DNA from: Actinomycetes bacterium
Lineage (GTDB): Bacteria; Actinomycetota; Acidimicrobiia; Acidimicrobiales; RAAP-2
Assembly (NCBI GenBank): GCA_021799615.1
Contig: JAJZAC010000001.1
Location: forward strand, 462 to 64,461
Direction of reading: 5' to 3'
Length of the DNA stretch: 64,000 bases
How positions within the stretch are numbered: position 1 is the stretch's first letter; every line of letters starts with the position of its first letter. Made by a program: the position numbers and the translations under genes. The notes below the pieces were generated by a model, which did no database searches, was not told the DNA's origin, and saw only the letters and a program-made list of their open reading frames with translations. Positions 7,448-16,900 of the stretch are shown here, one piece after another.

Positions 7448-8539
7448 TCACGCCGAACAGCGGTTGGGGCCCTCCTCCAGGTAGGCCAGCGCCGCACTGG
7501 GGAACGACGTCCGGCCCATGTTGGCAGTGATGATCTGCTGGTAGTGGGGCGGGCGATCGGTGGCCCGGGCCACCGCCCACGTGACGAACGCCGACTCGTC
7601 GAGGGCGAGCGGCGGCAACGAGGACCGCAGGTGGCCCACGGGGGCGCCCACCGGTTCGTCCCAGCGGACGGGGACCTGCTCGCCGTAGTGGGCGGGGAGC
7701 ACCAGGACGTCGTCGTCCAGGGTCAGGACCCGCTCGGCGAGGGAGCGATGCAGGTTGCGGGCGAACTCCTCGGCCCGCTCAGCCAGGTCGGGGCGCCCGA
7801 CGCCGTCGACGAACAGGGTGTCCCCGCTCAGGAGGACGGCCCCGCTCACCAGGTACACGGTGGAGCCGAGGGTGTGGCCGGGCGTGTGAAGGGTGGCCAC
7901 CGACAGCTCGGCGCCGCCGTCCAGCGTGAACAGCTCGCCGTCGGCCAGCGGCCGGTAGGGGAACTCGAAGGTGTCGGCCGGGTTCAGGTGGAGCGAGGCG
8001 CCGGCCAGCTCGGCCAGCTCGCGGGCCCCGCTCAGGTGGTCGGCGTGCAGGTGCGTGTCGAACACCCGGGTGATCCGCCAGCCATGGGCGGCGGCCACGT
8101 CGAAGTACCGGTCGACGTCGACCGAGGGGTCGACGACGGCGGCCTCGCCACCCGAGCCGACCACGTAGGACAGGCACCCTTTGCCGCGCCGGCGGACCTG
8201 GACCACGAGGCCCCCGGGCACCTCGACGGTGGCCGTGTCGTAGAGGTGACCCCAGGCCTGCATGCCGCCCACCAGGTTGGCGGTGTCGAAGCCGATGCCG
8301 GCCAGCACCGACGCGGCCACACCCGAACGGTTGCCGCTGGCGCACACGGCGACGACCTGCCGGTCACGGGGGATCTCGTCGAGGCGGTCCTGCAATTGGC
8401 CGAGTGGGATGTTGACGATGCCGGGGATGGCCCAGGCCGCCACCTCCTCCGGCTCGCGCACGTCGAGAAGGAACGGGGCCTCGTCCTTCCCGAGCTCACG
8501 GGCCACGATCTCGGCGGTGACGTCGAGGTACATCGTCAT
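7448..8539 (-). CDS. Rhodanese-MBL fusion (persulfide dioxygenase / ETHE1-CstB-like metallo-beta-lactamase fold)
   Basis: ATG at 8539 is preceded by GGGAGG. N-terminal rhodanese with active-site loop VAVCASGNRSG. MBL motifs THLHADH and HTPGHT. The 733-aa track ORF is an artefactual upstream extension. Confidence 0.8.
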   Translation of the reverse strand: MTMYLDVTAEIVARELGKDEAPFLLDVREPEEVAAWAIPGIVNIPLGQLQDRLDEIPRDRQVVAVCASGNRSGVAASVLAGIGFDTANLVGGMQAWGHLYDTATVEVPGGLVVQVRRRGKGCLSYVVGSGGEAAVVDPSVDVDRYFDVAAAHGWRITRVFDTHLHADHLSGARELAELAGASLHLNPADTFEFPYRPLADGELFTLDGGAELSVATLHTPGHTLGSTVYLVSGAVLLSGDTLFVDGVGRPDLAERAEEFARNLHRSLAERVLTLDDDVLVLPAHYGEQVPVRWDEPVGAPVGHLRSSLPPLALDESAFVTWAVARATDRPPHYQQIITANMGRTSFPSAALAYLEEGPNRCSA

Positions 8540-8596
8540 ACGACCTCCCAGGGCGGTGCCGCGGGCGCGGCAGCAGTGCGTCGGACTGCTGCCATG

Positions 8597-8612
8597 ATAC
8601 CCCCCGGGGTAT
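8597..8612. promoter_or_regulatory. CsoR/RcnR-family-type operator-like palindrome ATACCCCCCGGGGTAT
   Basis: 16-bp G/C tract flanked by ATAC/GTAT inverted arms, in the divergent intergenic region between the rhodanese-MBL and CDF genes. A sister site, ATACCCTCCCGGGTAT, lies at 41899-41914. Confidence 0.5.
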
Positions 8613-8650
8613 AGTGGCGGTACGCGGCGCTGGTACGGCAGGTTGGCGGG

Positions 8651-9607
8651 GTGGGCGCGCTGTGGTGGAATTCGCCGATGGGACCGCTGTCGGGCCAGGG
8701 TGCGCACGACCATCCGGGGCCGGGACCCGATGCCGACGTCCGCGCCCTCACCGTGACCCTGGTCCTGATCAGCACGTTCCTGGTGGTGGAGGCGGCGGTG
8801 GGCTTCGCCGTGTCCTCGCTGGCACTGCTGGCTGATGCCGGGCACATGCTGATCGACGCGACCGGCCTGGTGGCGGCGGTGGGCGCGGCCCGGCTTGCCC
8901 GCCGGCCCCCCGGCGGCATCTGGACGTTCGGCTTCCTGCGAGCCGAGGTCGTGTCGGCTGCCTTCAACGGCGTGACCCTGCTGGTGGTGGCGGCCGTCCT
9001 CGGCGTCGAGGCCGTGAACCGCCTGGTGTCGCCGGTGGCGACCGGTGGTGGGGCGATGGTGGTCGTCGCCGCCGTCGGCGTCGGCGTCAACCTGGTGGCG
9101 ACCTGGTTCCTGGCCGGCGCCGCCCGGACGAACCTGAACGTCGAAGGCGCCTTCCGGCACATCCTCACCGACCTGTTCGGGTTCGGTGCCACCGCCGTGG
9201 CCGGCGCCGTGATCCTGGCCACCGGGTTCGACCGTGCCGACCCGATCGCGTCGCTGGCCGTGGTGGCGGTGATGGCGTGGACCGGGGTCCGGCTGCTCGG
9301 CGCGTCGGGCCGGGTGCTCCTGGAGGCGGCACCGGAGGACATCGATTTGGCCGAGGTTCGCGCCCACCTGCTCGGGACCGAGCACGTCGTCGACGTGCAC
9401 GACCTGCACGTGTGGGCGGTGTCGAGTGGGCTCCCGGCGCTGTCCGCCCACGTGGTCGTGGGGGAGGGGTCCTTCGAGGCGGGCCGGGCGCCGCGCATCC
9501 TCGATCAACTCCAGGCGTGCGTCGCCGGGCACTTCGACGTGGAGCACTCGACGTTCCAACTGGAGCCGGACGCCCACCGGGAGCACGAACCGGGGTCGCA
9601 CCGCTGA
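8651..9607 (+). CDS. Cation diffusion facilitator (CzcD/ZitB-like divalent metal efflux protein)
   Basis: His-rich N-terminus (GAHDHPGPGPD). The TM2 motif LLADAGHMLIDATGL and FGFLRAEVVSAFNG-type TM3 are typical of CDF proteins, followed by a C-terminal cytoplasmic domain. Start at 8651 (GTG) or 8678 (ATG). Confidence 0.8.
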   Translation: MGALWWNSPMGPLSGQGAHDHPGPGPDADVRALTVTLVLISTFLVVEAAVGFAVSSLALLADAGHMLIDATGLVAAVGAARLARRPPGGIWTFGFLRAEVVSAAFNGVTLLVVAAVLGVEAVNRLVSPVATGGGAMVVVAAVGVGVNLVATWFLAGAARTNLNVEGAFRHILTDLFGFGATAVAGAVILATGFDRADPIASLAVVAVMAWTGVRLLGASGRVLLEAAPEDIDLAEVRAHLLGTEHVVDVHDLHVWAVSSGLPALSAHVVVGEGSFEAGRAPRILDQLQACVAGHFDVEHSTFQLEPDAHREHEPGSHR

Positions 9608-9675
9608 GGTCCCTGACCGACGCCGCCGCACACCGGTAGCATCGGGCACGACGCCATCACCGCAAAGGGGGTCGT

Positions 9676-10500
9676 GTGCACGTGCTGCTCTTCGCCACCG
9701 CCGCCGCCGTCGCCGTCGTGGCCGCGGCGCGCTCGACGTGGTCCCCCTGCGGGCTGTCGATGCTGTCCACGATCACGCCCCTCGGTGAGCGCGGCCGGGG
9801 TCACCGGTTCGCCGTCAGCGCCCTGTGGTACCTGGCCGGCGGCATGGCCGGCGGCTGCACCCTCGGTGCGCTGGCCGCGGCCGGGGCGTGGTCCCTCCGA
9901 GGTCTCCCCCCGGCGCCGGCCGCCGCCGTCGGCGGTGTCGCCGCTGTGGCGGCGCTGGCCTCCGACCTGCGCGTCGGCGGCTTCGCGTTGCCCGGGCACC
10001 GCCGCCAGGTGAACGAACGCTGGCTCGACCGCTACCGGTCGTGGGTCTACGGCCTCGGTTTCGGGTGGCAGATCGGCGTCGGTCTGGCCACGTACCTGGT
10101 GACGGCGGCGGTCTACCTGACCGTGGTGCTGGCCGCGCTGACGCGAGCGCCCGCCCAGGCGTTCGCCGTGGGTGTGCTGTTCGGAACGGCGCGGGGCGCT
10201 GCCGTGTTCCTCGGGAGCGGCATCACCGACACGTCCCGGCTCGTTTCCTTCCACCGGACGTTCACCGGTCTCGGTCCCCGCTCGGCGGCGGTGGTCCACG
10301 GCGCCGAGGCGGTGGCGGCGGCCGTGCTGTGTGGAGCCGCCGCCGGTGCCGTCGGCGGGGTGGGGACCGGCCTGCTCGTCGCGTCGGTGGCCGGCCTCGC
10401 CGGGCTCGGTGGCGTGGCGCTGCGGGACCGGCGGGGAGACCCGACGCCGGCGGTGCCGGTCCCGCCCGCCGTGGCGGCAGCGGCCAGCGTCAGACCCTGA
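9676..10500 (+). CDS. Integral membrane protein, possibly DsbD_2/CcdA-like or TauE-like (function uncertain)
   Basis: 274 aa with roughly six hydrophobic segments. First TM segment followed by STWSPCGLSMLSTITP, reminiscent of the SPC motif of the DsbD/CcdA superfamily. AAAGGGGG Shine-Dalgarno-like motif upstream. Confidence 0.5.
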   Translation: MHVLLFATAAAVAVVAAARSTWSPCGLSMLSTITPLGERGRGHRFAVSALWYLAGGMAGGCTLGALAAAGAWSLRGLPPAPAAAVGGVAAVAALASDLRVGGFALPGHRRQVNERWLDRYRSWVYGLGFGWQIGVGLATYLVTAAVYLTVVLAALTRAPAQAFAVGVLFGTARGAAVFLGSGITDTSRLVSFHRTFTGLGPRSAAVVHGAEAVAAAVLCGAAAGAVGGVGTGLLVASVAGLAGLGGVALRDRRGDPTPAVPVPPAVAAAASVRP

Positions 10501-11611
10501 GCCCCGCGCCCAGCCGCTCGGCGGCGTCGATGTACTCCTCGACCATCGACTGCACGACGTCCCGGGCCCGCCGCACCTGGGTGGCTCGTCCGATCACCTG
10601 CCCGCACGGGTTGAAGTTGACGTCACGGGCAGCCTCCGGATACCGGTGCCCGCGGCTGACCGCCTCGATGGCCACCAGCATCTGCAACGGCATCGGCAGC
10701 GGGTCGGGCGTATCTGCCGCCTCCCAGGCATCGGTCCAGTCGTTGCGGAGCATGCGGCACGGCTTGCCGGTGAACGACCGGGACCGGATGGTGTCCCGAC
10801 TGGTGGCGGCCAGGTAGCTGGACATCTGGCCGGGCGGGATGTTGGCCTCCTCCACGGTCAGCCACAGGGTGCCGGACCACACGCCCTGGGCACCCATGGC
10901 CATGGCCGCCGCCATCTGGCGCCCGCTGCCGATGCCGCCGGCCGCCAGCACCGGCGTGGGGGCCACGGCGTCGATCACCTCTGGCCACAGGACGATCGAG
11001 CCGACGTCGCCGGTGTGGCCGCCGCCCTCGGACCCCTGGCAGATGATGAAGTCGAGCCCCGCCTCCTTGTGGTGGAGGGCGTGGCGCACGGAACCGGCCA
11101 GCGCCCCGATCAGGAGCCCGGCCGACTGCACCCGTTCCACCACGTCAGGCGGGGGCGTCCCGAGGGCGTTGGCGACGAGGCGGACCTTCGGGTGGCGCAG
11201 GGCAACGTCGAGCAGTCCCGCGGCATGTGCCGCGGTCCACCCCATCATCCCCGACGAGCGCTGCTCGCCGTCGGGGATGTCGGGGACGCCGTGGTCGTCG
11301 AGGAGCTGACGGGCGAACTCCCGGTGGGTGGCCGGCACCATGTCCTGGAGTGTCGACTCCAGCTTGGCCGGGTCCATCTCGTCCATGCCCTCGTACTTGG
11401 CCGGGATCACGATGTCGACGCCGTAGGGGTGGTCGCCGACGTGCTCGTCGATCCAGGTGAGCTCGACCTCGAGCTGGTCGGGGTCGAAGGCGATGGCGCC
11501 GAGCACCCCGATGCCTCCGGCGTTCGACACGGCGGCGACGACGTCGCGGCAGTGGGTGAAGGCGAAGATGGGGAACTCGATGCCGAGCTTCCGGCGGATC
11601 TCGGTGTCCAT
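10490..11611 (-). CDS. Nitronate monooxygenase / 2-nitropropane dioxygenase-like FMN oxidoreductase
   Basis: 373 aa. N-terminus LGIEFPIFAFTHCRDVVAAVSNAGGIGVLGA and GSEGGGHTG are typical of the NMO family. Confidence 0.8.
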   Translation of the reverse strand: MDTEIRRKLGIEFPIFAFTHCRDVVAAVSNAGGIGVLGAIAFDPDQLEVELTWIDEHVGDHPYGVDIVIPAKYEGMDEMDPAKLESTLQDMVPATHREFARQLLDDHGVPDIPDGEQRSSGMMGWTAAHAAGLLDVALRHPKVRLVANALGTPPPDVVERVQSAGLLIGALAGSVRHALHHKEAGLDFIICQGSEGGGHTGDVGSIVLWPEVIDAVAPTPVLAAGGIGSGRQMAAAMAMGAQGVWSGTLWLTVEEANIPPGQMSSYLAATSRDTIRSRSFTGKPCRMLRNDWTDAWEAADTPDPLPMPLQMLVAIEAVSRGHRYPEAARDVNFNPCGQVIGRATQVRRARDVVQSMVEEYIDAAERLGAGLRV

Positions 11612-11630
11612 GGTGCTCCTCTCGGGTGGT

Positions 11631-11676
11631 GCGGTGTCGGTCAGGTGGATGCTGCGGTGTCGGTCAGGTGGATGCT
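11631..11676. repeat. Exact 23-bp tandem duplication (gcggtgtcggtcaggtggatgct x2) that includes the tetR stop codon
   Basis: Copies at 11631-11653 and 11654-11676. The second copy carries the last codons and the stop (11664-11666) of the TetR gene. The first lies in the spacer before the NMO start at 11611. Confidence 0.9.
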
Positions 11677-12302
11677 GCGGAGGCTGGCTGCCGACGCTCG
11701 CTCGGTGGGGTCACGTCCAGGCCCATCAGGGCGGCGAGCCCTCGGACGGCGAGGGTGGTGGGTACCGACCCGGGCTCGGCCCGTTGCTGGAGCTCGAGGC
11801 CGGACAGCAACGCCTTCACCAGCACGGCGAGGTCGTCGGGGCCGACGGCGGGCCGGGCGCCCACGGCCTGGCACCAGCCGGCGAGCTCCCGGGCACTCCG
11901 GCGGCGCCCTTCGGCGGCGCGGGCGGCGAGGGCGGCGGCGACCTCCGGGTCGCGGGCGGCGCGGAGCTGGAGCTCGTGCTCGAGGAGGGCCCACCGTTCG
12001 GCCTCCGGGCCGGCGCCCACGTGCTCCCACACCGAGGCGAGCTGGTCGGCTGGATCGTCGGAGGCGGCCACCTCGGCGGACATCAGGGACAGGAAGGAGC
12101 GCTTCCACGAGTCGAGGACGGCCAGCACGAGCCCGTGCTTGGACCCGAAGTGGTCGTAGACGGCGCCCGAGGTCCTGTCGGCGGCGTCGGCCACCGCGTC
12201 GACGGACACGGCGTCGATCCCCCGGGTGGCGAAGAGCCGAGCGGCGGCCTCGAGCAGGCGCGCCCGGGTGTCCGCCCGGCGTTGCTCCTGCGTGCGTGCC
12301 AT
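11664..12302 (-). CDS. TetR/AcrR-family transcriptional regulator
   Basis: N-terminal helix-turn-helix RARLLEAAARLFATRGIDAVSVDAVADAADRTSGAVYDHFGSKHGLV. Confidence 0.85.
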   Translation of the reverse strand: MARTQEQRRADTRARLLEAAARLFATRGIDAVSVDAVADAADRTSGAVYDHFGSKHGLVLAVLDSWKRSFLSLMSAEVAASDDPADQLASVWEHVGAGPEAERWALLEHELQLRAARDPEVAAALAARAAEGRRRSARELAGWCQAVGARPAVGPDDLAVLVKALLSGLELQQRAEPGSVPTTLAVRGLAALMGLDVTPPSERRQPASAAST

Positions 12303-12318
12303 GTCGTTCCTCCGGGAT

Positions 12319-12372
12319 GGGCACCTCCACGGGTGCCCTCTGCCTACATATATAGGGGATACTAGATATCAT
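12319..12372. promoter_or_regulatory. Divergent promoter/operator region: inverted repeat GGGCACC-N6-GGTGCCC plus an AT-rich island TACATATATAGGGGATACTAGATATCAT
   Basis: Inverted repeat at 12319-12338, 17 nt upstream of the tetR ATG. The only strongly AT-rich stretch in this neighbourhood follows at 12345-12372 and contains TATATA and GATATC. Confidence 0.5.
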
Positions 12373-12520
12373 GGAGGCGTTCCGCAATCCGCCGCCGCCG
12401 GGGATCGCTCCGCCGCCGCCGGGGCGGGGGGCCGGCATCTCGCGGTGGACCGGTGAACCCCGGCGTCTAGAGTCGCCCGGAGAGGCGCTCCGTGGAGCGG
12501 CGACGATCGGGGAGGACGAC

Positions 12521-13939
12521 ATGGACGTGCGCGACAAGCTCTACCTCGGTGGCGAGTGGGTCGCACCCGCCGGCACCGGCACACTCGAGGTGATCGACTC
12601 GACGAGTGAAGAGGTGATCGGTTCGGTCCCCGAGGGGAGCGTCGAGGACGCAGACCGGGCCGTGCGTGCCGCCCGGACCGCCTTCGACTCGTGGGCGGCC
12701 ACCCCGGTGGCCGAGCGGACCGCCTACCTGACCGAGGTGGCGGCCGCCCTGAGCGCCCGCATGGACGAGCTGGCCGAGCTCATCACCCACGAGGTGGGGA
12801 TGCCCCTCACCCTCTCCAAGCTCGTGCAGGTCGGCCTCCCGCTGGCCTCGTTCAGCTCGGCCGCCCAGATCGCCGCCGACTTCACCTGGGAGCAGGAGGT
12901 CGGCAATTCGCTGATCGTGCGTGAGCCGGTGGGCGTGGTGGCCGCCATCACGCCGTGGAACTACCCCCTCCACCAGATCGCCGCCAAGGTGGCACCCGCC
13001 CTGGCCGCCGGGTGCACCGTCGTGCTGAAGCCCAGCGAGGTGGCGCCGCTCAACGCCTTCGTCCTGGCCGACATCTTCGCCGAAGTCGGGCTGCCCGCCG
13101 GGGTGTTCAACCTGGTCACCGGGGTGGGGCCGGTGGTGGGCGAGGCCCTGGCCGGCCATCCCGAGGTCGACATGATCTCCTTCACTGGCTCGACCCGTGC
13201 CGGGCGCCGCGTCTCGGAGGTGGCATCGGCGTCGGTCAAGCGGGTGGCCCTCGAGCTCGGGGGCAAGTCGGCCAACGTCATCCTGGACGACGCCGACTTC
13301 CCGACGGCGGTGGCCGACGGTGTGGGCAAGTGCTACCTGAACTCGGGCCAGACGTGCAGCGCCCTGACCCGCATGCTGGTGCCCCGCAGCCGCCTCGCCG
13401 AGGCGGAGGAGATCGCCCGTGCCACCGCCGAGGTGTTCCAGCCGGGCGACCCCTTCGCCGAAGGGACCTTCCTCGGTCCGCTCGTCTCCGCCATGCAGCG
13501 CGACCGGGTGCGCACCTACATCGAGAAGGGCGTCGGTGAGGGCGCCCGTCTGGTCACCGGTGGCGCCGAGGCTCCCGAGGGCCTCGACCGCGGCTACTTC
13601 GTGGCGCCGACCGTCTTCTCCGACGTCACGCCGGACATGACCATCGCCCGCGAGGAGATCTTCGGCCCGGTGCTGGTCATGATGCCCTACGACACCGAGG
13701 ACGAGGCGGTGGCCATCGCCAACGGCACCGACTACGGGCTGGCCGGTGGGGTGTGGTCAGGTGACCCCGCCCGGGCCGAGCGGGTGGCCCGCCGCATGCG
13801 CACCGGTCAGGTCGAGGTGAACGGGGGCGCCTTCAACCCCATGGCGCCGTTCGGCGGCTACAAGCAGTCAGGCAACGGGCGCGAGCTCGGGGCGTTCGGG
13901 CTCGAGGAGTTCCTCGAGGTCAAAGCCATCCAGCGCTGA
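12521..13939 (+). CDS. NAD(P)-dependent aldehyde dehydrogenase
   Basis: ATG at 12521 is preceded by [22 protein letters not shown] start; motifs [15 protein letters not shown] and [10 protein letters not shown]-type catalytic Cys ([10 protein letters not shown]). The track start at 12371 adds a low-complexity Pro/Gly extension. Confidence 0.85.
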   Translation: MDVRDKLYLGGEWVAPAGTGTLEVIDSTSEEVIGSVPEGSVEDADRAVRAARTAFDSWAATPVAERTAYLTEVAAALSARMDELAELITHEVGMPLTLSKLVQVGLPLASFSSAAQIAADFTWEQEVGNSLIVREPVGVVAAITPWNYPLHQIAAKVAPALAAGCTVVLKPSEVAPLNAFVLADIFAEVGLPAGVFNLVTGVGPVVGEALAGHPEVDMISFTGSTRAGRRVSEVASASVKRVALELGGKSANVILDDADFPTAVADGVGKCYLNSGQTCSALTRMLVPRSRLAEAEEIARATAEVFQPGDPFAEGTFLGPLVSAMQRDRVRTYIEKGVGEGARLVTGGAEAPEGLDRGYFVAPTVFSDVTPDMTIAREEIFGPVLVMMPYDTEDEAVAIANGTDYGLAGGVWSGDPARAERVARRMRTGQVEVNGGAFNPMAPFGGYKQSGNGRELGAFGLEEFLEVKAIQR

Positions 13940-13954
13940 GGAGCACCTCCGGGC

Positions 13955-16900
13955 TCACGGGCCGGGAGACGCCCGCCGGTCGAGGATGGCCGCCACCGCC
14001 ACGTCGGCACACAGGAACACGATGGCGGCCCACGCCAGATCGCTGGCCACCGCGGCGTGCGTCGGCCACAGGCCGTTGGCGGTGTAGTGGTGACGCGCCT
14101 GGATCACCACCACGGCGGTACCGGCCGCCGCCACCAGGCCCGCGGCGGCCCATCCGAGCACGGTCCGGGTGCGGGGGACGAGGAGCGCCACCAGCGTCCC
14201 GGCCGCCACCGGTGCGCCGACGACGGGGAGCGCGACCGCCGCGGCGATGCCCCCGCTCACCACCGCGGCCACCACGGCGACCCCCACGGGCGCCCGCCTG
14301 CCGGTCCGACCGAACGGTGCGGCGAGGGTCGGGCGGGCGGGCGCGCCGTCGCCCGCCACCTGCCGGTGGGTCCCGTAGGCGTCGGCGCCCCGGCGACGGG
14401 CGCGCTGTCTACCCCGCCCGGCCCGGCGGAGTGCCGACCACCGCCGGCGGGGCACGAACCCGATCACCACACAGGCGAGGATGGCGATAGCCGAGACGAC
14501 GAGGGCCGCCGTCTCGCGCTGCTGGGGGGTCCAGCGCAGGGTCACCAGGACCGTTCCACCGTGCAGCGCCGGGCCGAGGGAGGCGGGAACGACACGGAAC
14601 CCGTTGGCGAACCCGTCGACCAGGACCGGCGGCCCGAGGGAGCCGGATCCGGCCACCGTCGCCGTCCAGCCGGCGTTGAGGCTCTCGCCGAGGACGAGCT
14701 CGAACGGCGCCGAGGTGGGCGAGATCCCCGAGAGCCGGAGCTGCATCGAGGTGGCGTGGCGGGAGAGGACGGTGACCGCCGGTGCCGGGCCGGCGGGTGG
14801 TGGTGACACCATCCCGGTGGCCCCCGGCGGGGCGGCGGCCCCCCCGCCGGGGGCCGAGTCGAGCACCAGCTGGTCGAGGTTCCAACCGGTGAGGTGGCCC
14901 CGAACCGCGGTCAGGTGGTGGGTTCCGGGGCCGAGTGCCAGGCCGGCGGCGTCGGGCCCGCACAGCGACACCTGGAGGGCCTGGCGAGACAGGGCGGCCG
15001 AGGTGGACCCCGAGATCGAGACCCACACCGGGGTGCCGTCGACAGCGAGCAGGTCGTTGCGGCACGAGGAGGGCACCGCCGCCGGCAACGCCGGCGCGTG
15101 CACCCCGGGAATGCCCACCTCGGCGATGCCCAGGGGCAGCCCGGAGGGGACCTCCGAGTAGTAGTTCACGGTGGTGACGGGGCGCACGGCGTCGACGGTG
15201 ACCCGGATCCGCTGCCCGCGCAGTGCCGGGAAGGAGATGGGGACGTCGACCACCGCACCGGGCACCGTGCTCTGGGCGACGGGAGGAAGCGGCACCGTCG
15301 CCGACCCGCTCGGCGTGGAGACCGTCACCTCGGTCGGGACCGTGTGGAGCCCGTCCGCCACCACCTGGAGGTCGAGATGGTCGAAGGTGATCGGTGCCGG
15401 CAGGACGTACTGGAGCCAGGCGCCCACCTGGTGCGACGTGCCGAACCCGGGCTCCCAGATGGTCGACGGGTTGCCGTCGATGGTGTTGACGGCGCCGACG
15501 GCGAGATCGCCGGGAAGCCGGCCCCGCGAGTAGGCGACGACGCCACCGGTCCGACCGACCAGCCGGTCGATCATGTCGTCGGGGATGAGCGTACTGATGC
15601 GGGCCTGGCCCGACAAGGTGAAGGTGCGGGAGGTCGGCAGCCAGAACGTCCGGTCCAGCGCCGGTTCGACGGCCGAGCGGGGCGGGTAGCCCGACGAGCG
15701 GAGCCGGGTCATGACGAGGGTGAGCCGGTCGCCGAGCGACGTCGTCCCGGCCAGGTGCAGCAGGTCCTGGGGCATCACCACCGACTCGGTCACGTTCAGA
15801 CCGGGGATGCCCACCTCGGCGAACCCGACCGAGCTGGGGAACGGCCCCGCCGCCGCGCCGGACACGGGCGTGGTGGCGTCGACGGTGACCCGCAGGGTCC
15901 GGAAGGTGCGCGGGGCGAAGGTGAGGACCTGTCCGGCCGCGGTCCGCGAACCGGGTCCCAGGTCGGCGGTGACCGGGTGGCGACCGTCGAAGGTGACCGT
16001 GACGCGGGTGATCCACCGGGTGGGCGACCCCGTCTGGGGCTGGACCAACACCAGATGTCCGATCGTGGTCGGCGCAGCCAGGGTGGTCTGCCACCACTGG
16101 CCGACAGGGTCGCTGGTGAAGTCGGACAGCCAGGCGGTGTCGAGGTTTCCGTCGAGGGCCATGGACGGTCGGTCCTCGGGCAAGTAGCTGAGGGAGCTCC
16201 CGTAGGAGGAGGCGGTGACGGAGGTGATCCCCGTGAAGGCGGTGGTGGACTGGGCGTCGGCCGGTGCCGCGGGGAACAGGTCGACGGGGGCGTCCGACGG
16301 GTTGGTGGTGTCGGGTCCCTGGGCCAGCGTCTCGGTCAGTCCGGTGTTCTGCTCGAGCGAGTTCCATTCGAACGCCTGCTTGCGGTTGGTGTCGGTCACC
16401 ACCAGGTCGGCCGGCCCGCCCAGCAGGTCGGCGGCCAGGCCGGCCCGGGTGTCGAGGGTTCCGGCGTAGAAGATCGTGGGATTGCCGGCCAGCAGCCCGA
16501 CCGACGCCGAGTCGACGATGCCGGGGGCGTCGCCGTCGACGATCAGGGGGTCGCCCAGCGACTCCGCACGGACCACCGGCCGTGGATCGGCGACCGTGTA
16601 CGAGACCAGCGGGCTGGGCCAGCTCGGGTCGGGCTGGAGGGCCAGCACCGCCTCGGTCAGGGTCCCGATCCCGGCCACGTTGGCCTGGGGCGGTCCGTAG
16701 CTCACCGGATCGGACAGCCCGGGGGGTGTCGTGGCGAACGCCGCCGCCAGCACCTGGGGGTTCGGCGTGTTGTAGCGCTCGTAGGCCTGGTCGTACTGGA
16801 CGAGCACGTCGCCCGCGCTCATCAGCGCGGCCATGGGCGCCAGTGCCGCCATGTCCTCCGTGCCGTTCTGGAGCGGCGAGTCCACCGCGTGGAGGAGATC

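Noticed and set aside
7448-9649. 733-aa ORF suggesting a much larger rhodanese-MBL protein
   Set aside because: The upstream 370 aa are antisense to the CDF gene and Arg/His/Gly-rich. A good SD plus ATG at 8539 gives a normal 363-aa protein.
12371-12520. Track start (ATG 12371) for the aldehyde dehydrogenase
   Set aside because: It adds 50 aa of Pro/Gly-rich sequence unlike any ALDH N-terminus. ATG 12521 has a GGGGAGGA SD and gives the family-typical [14 protein letters not shown].
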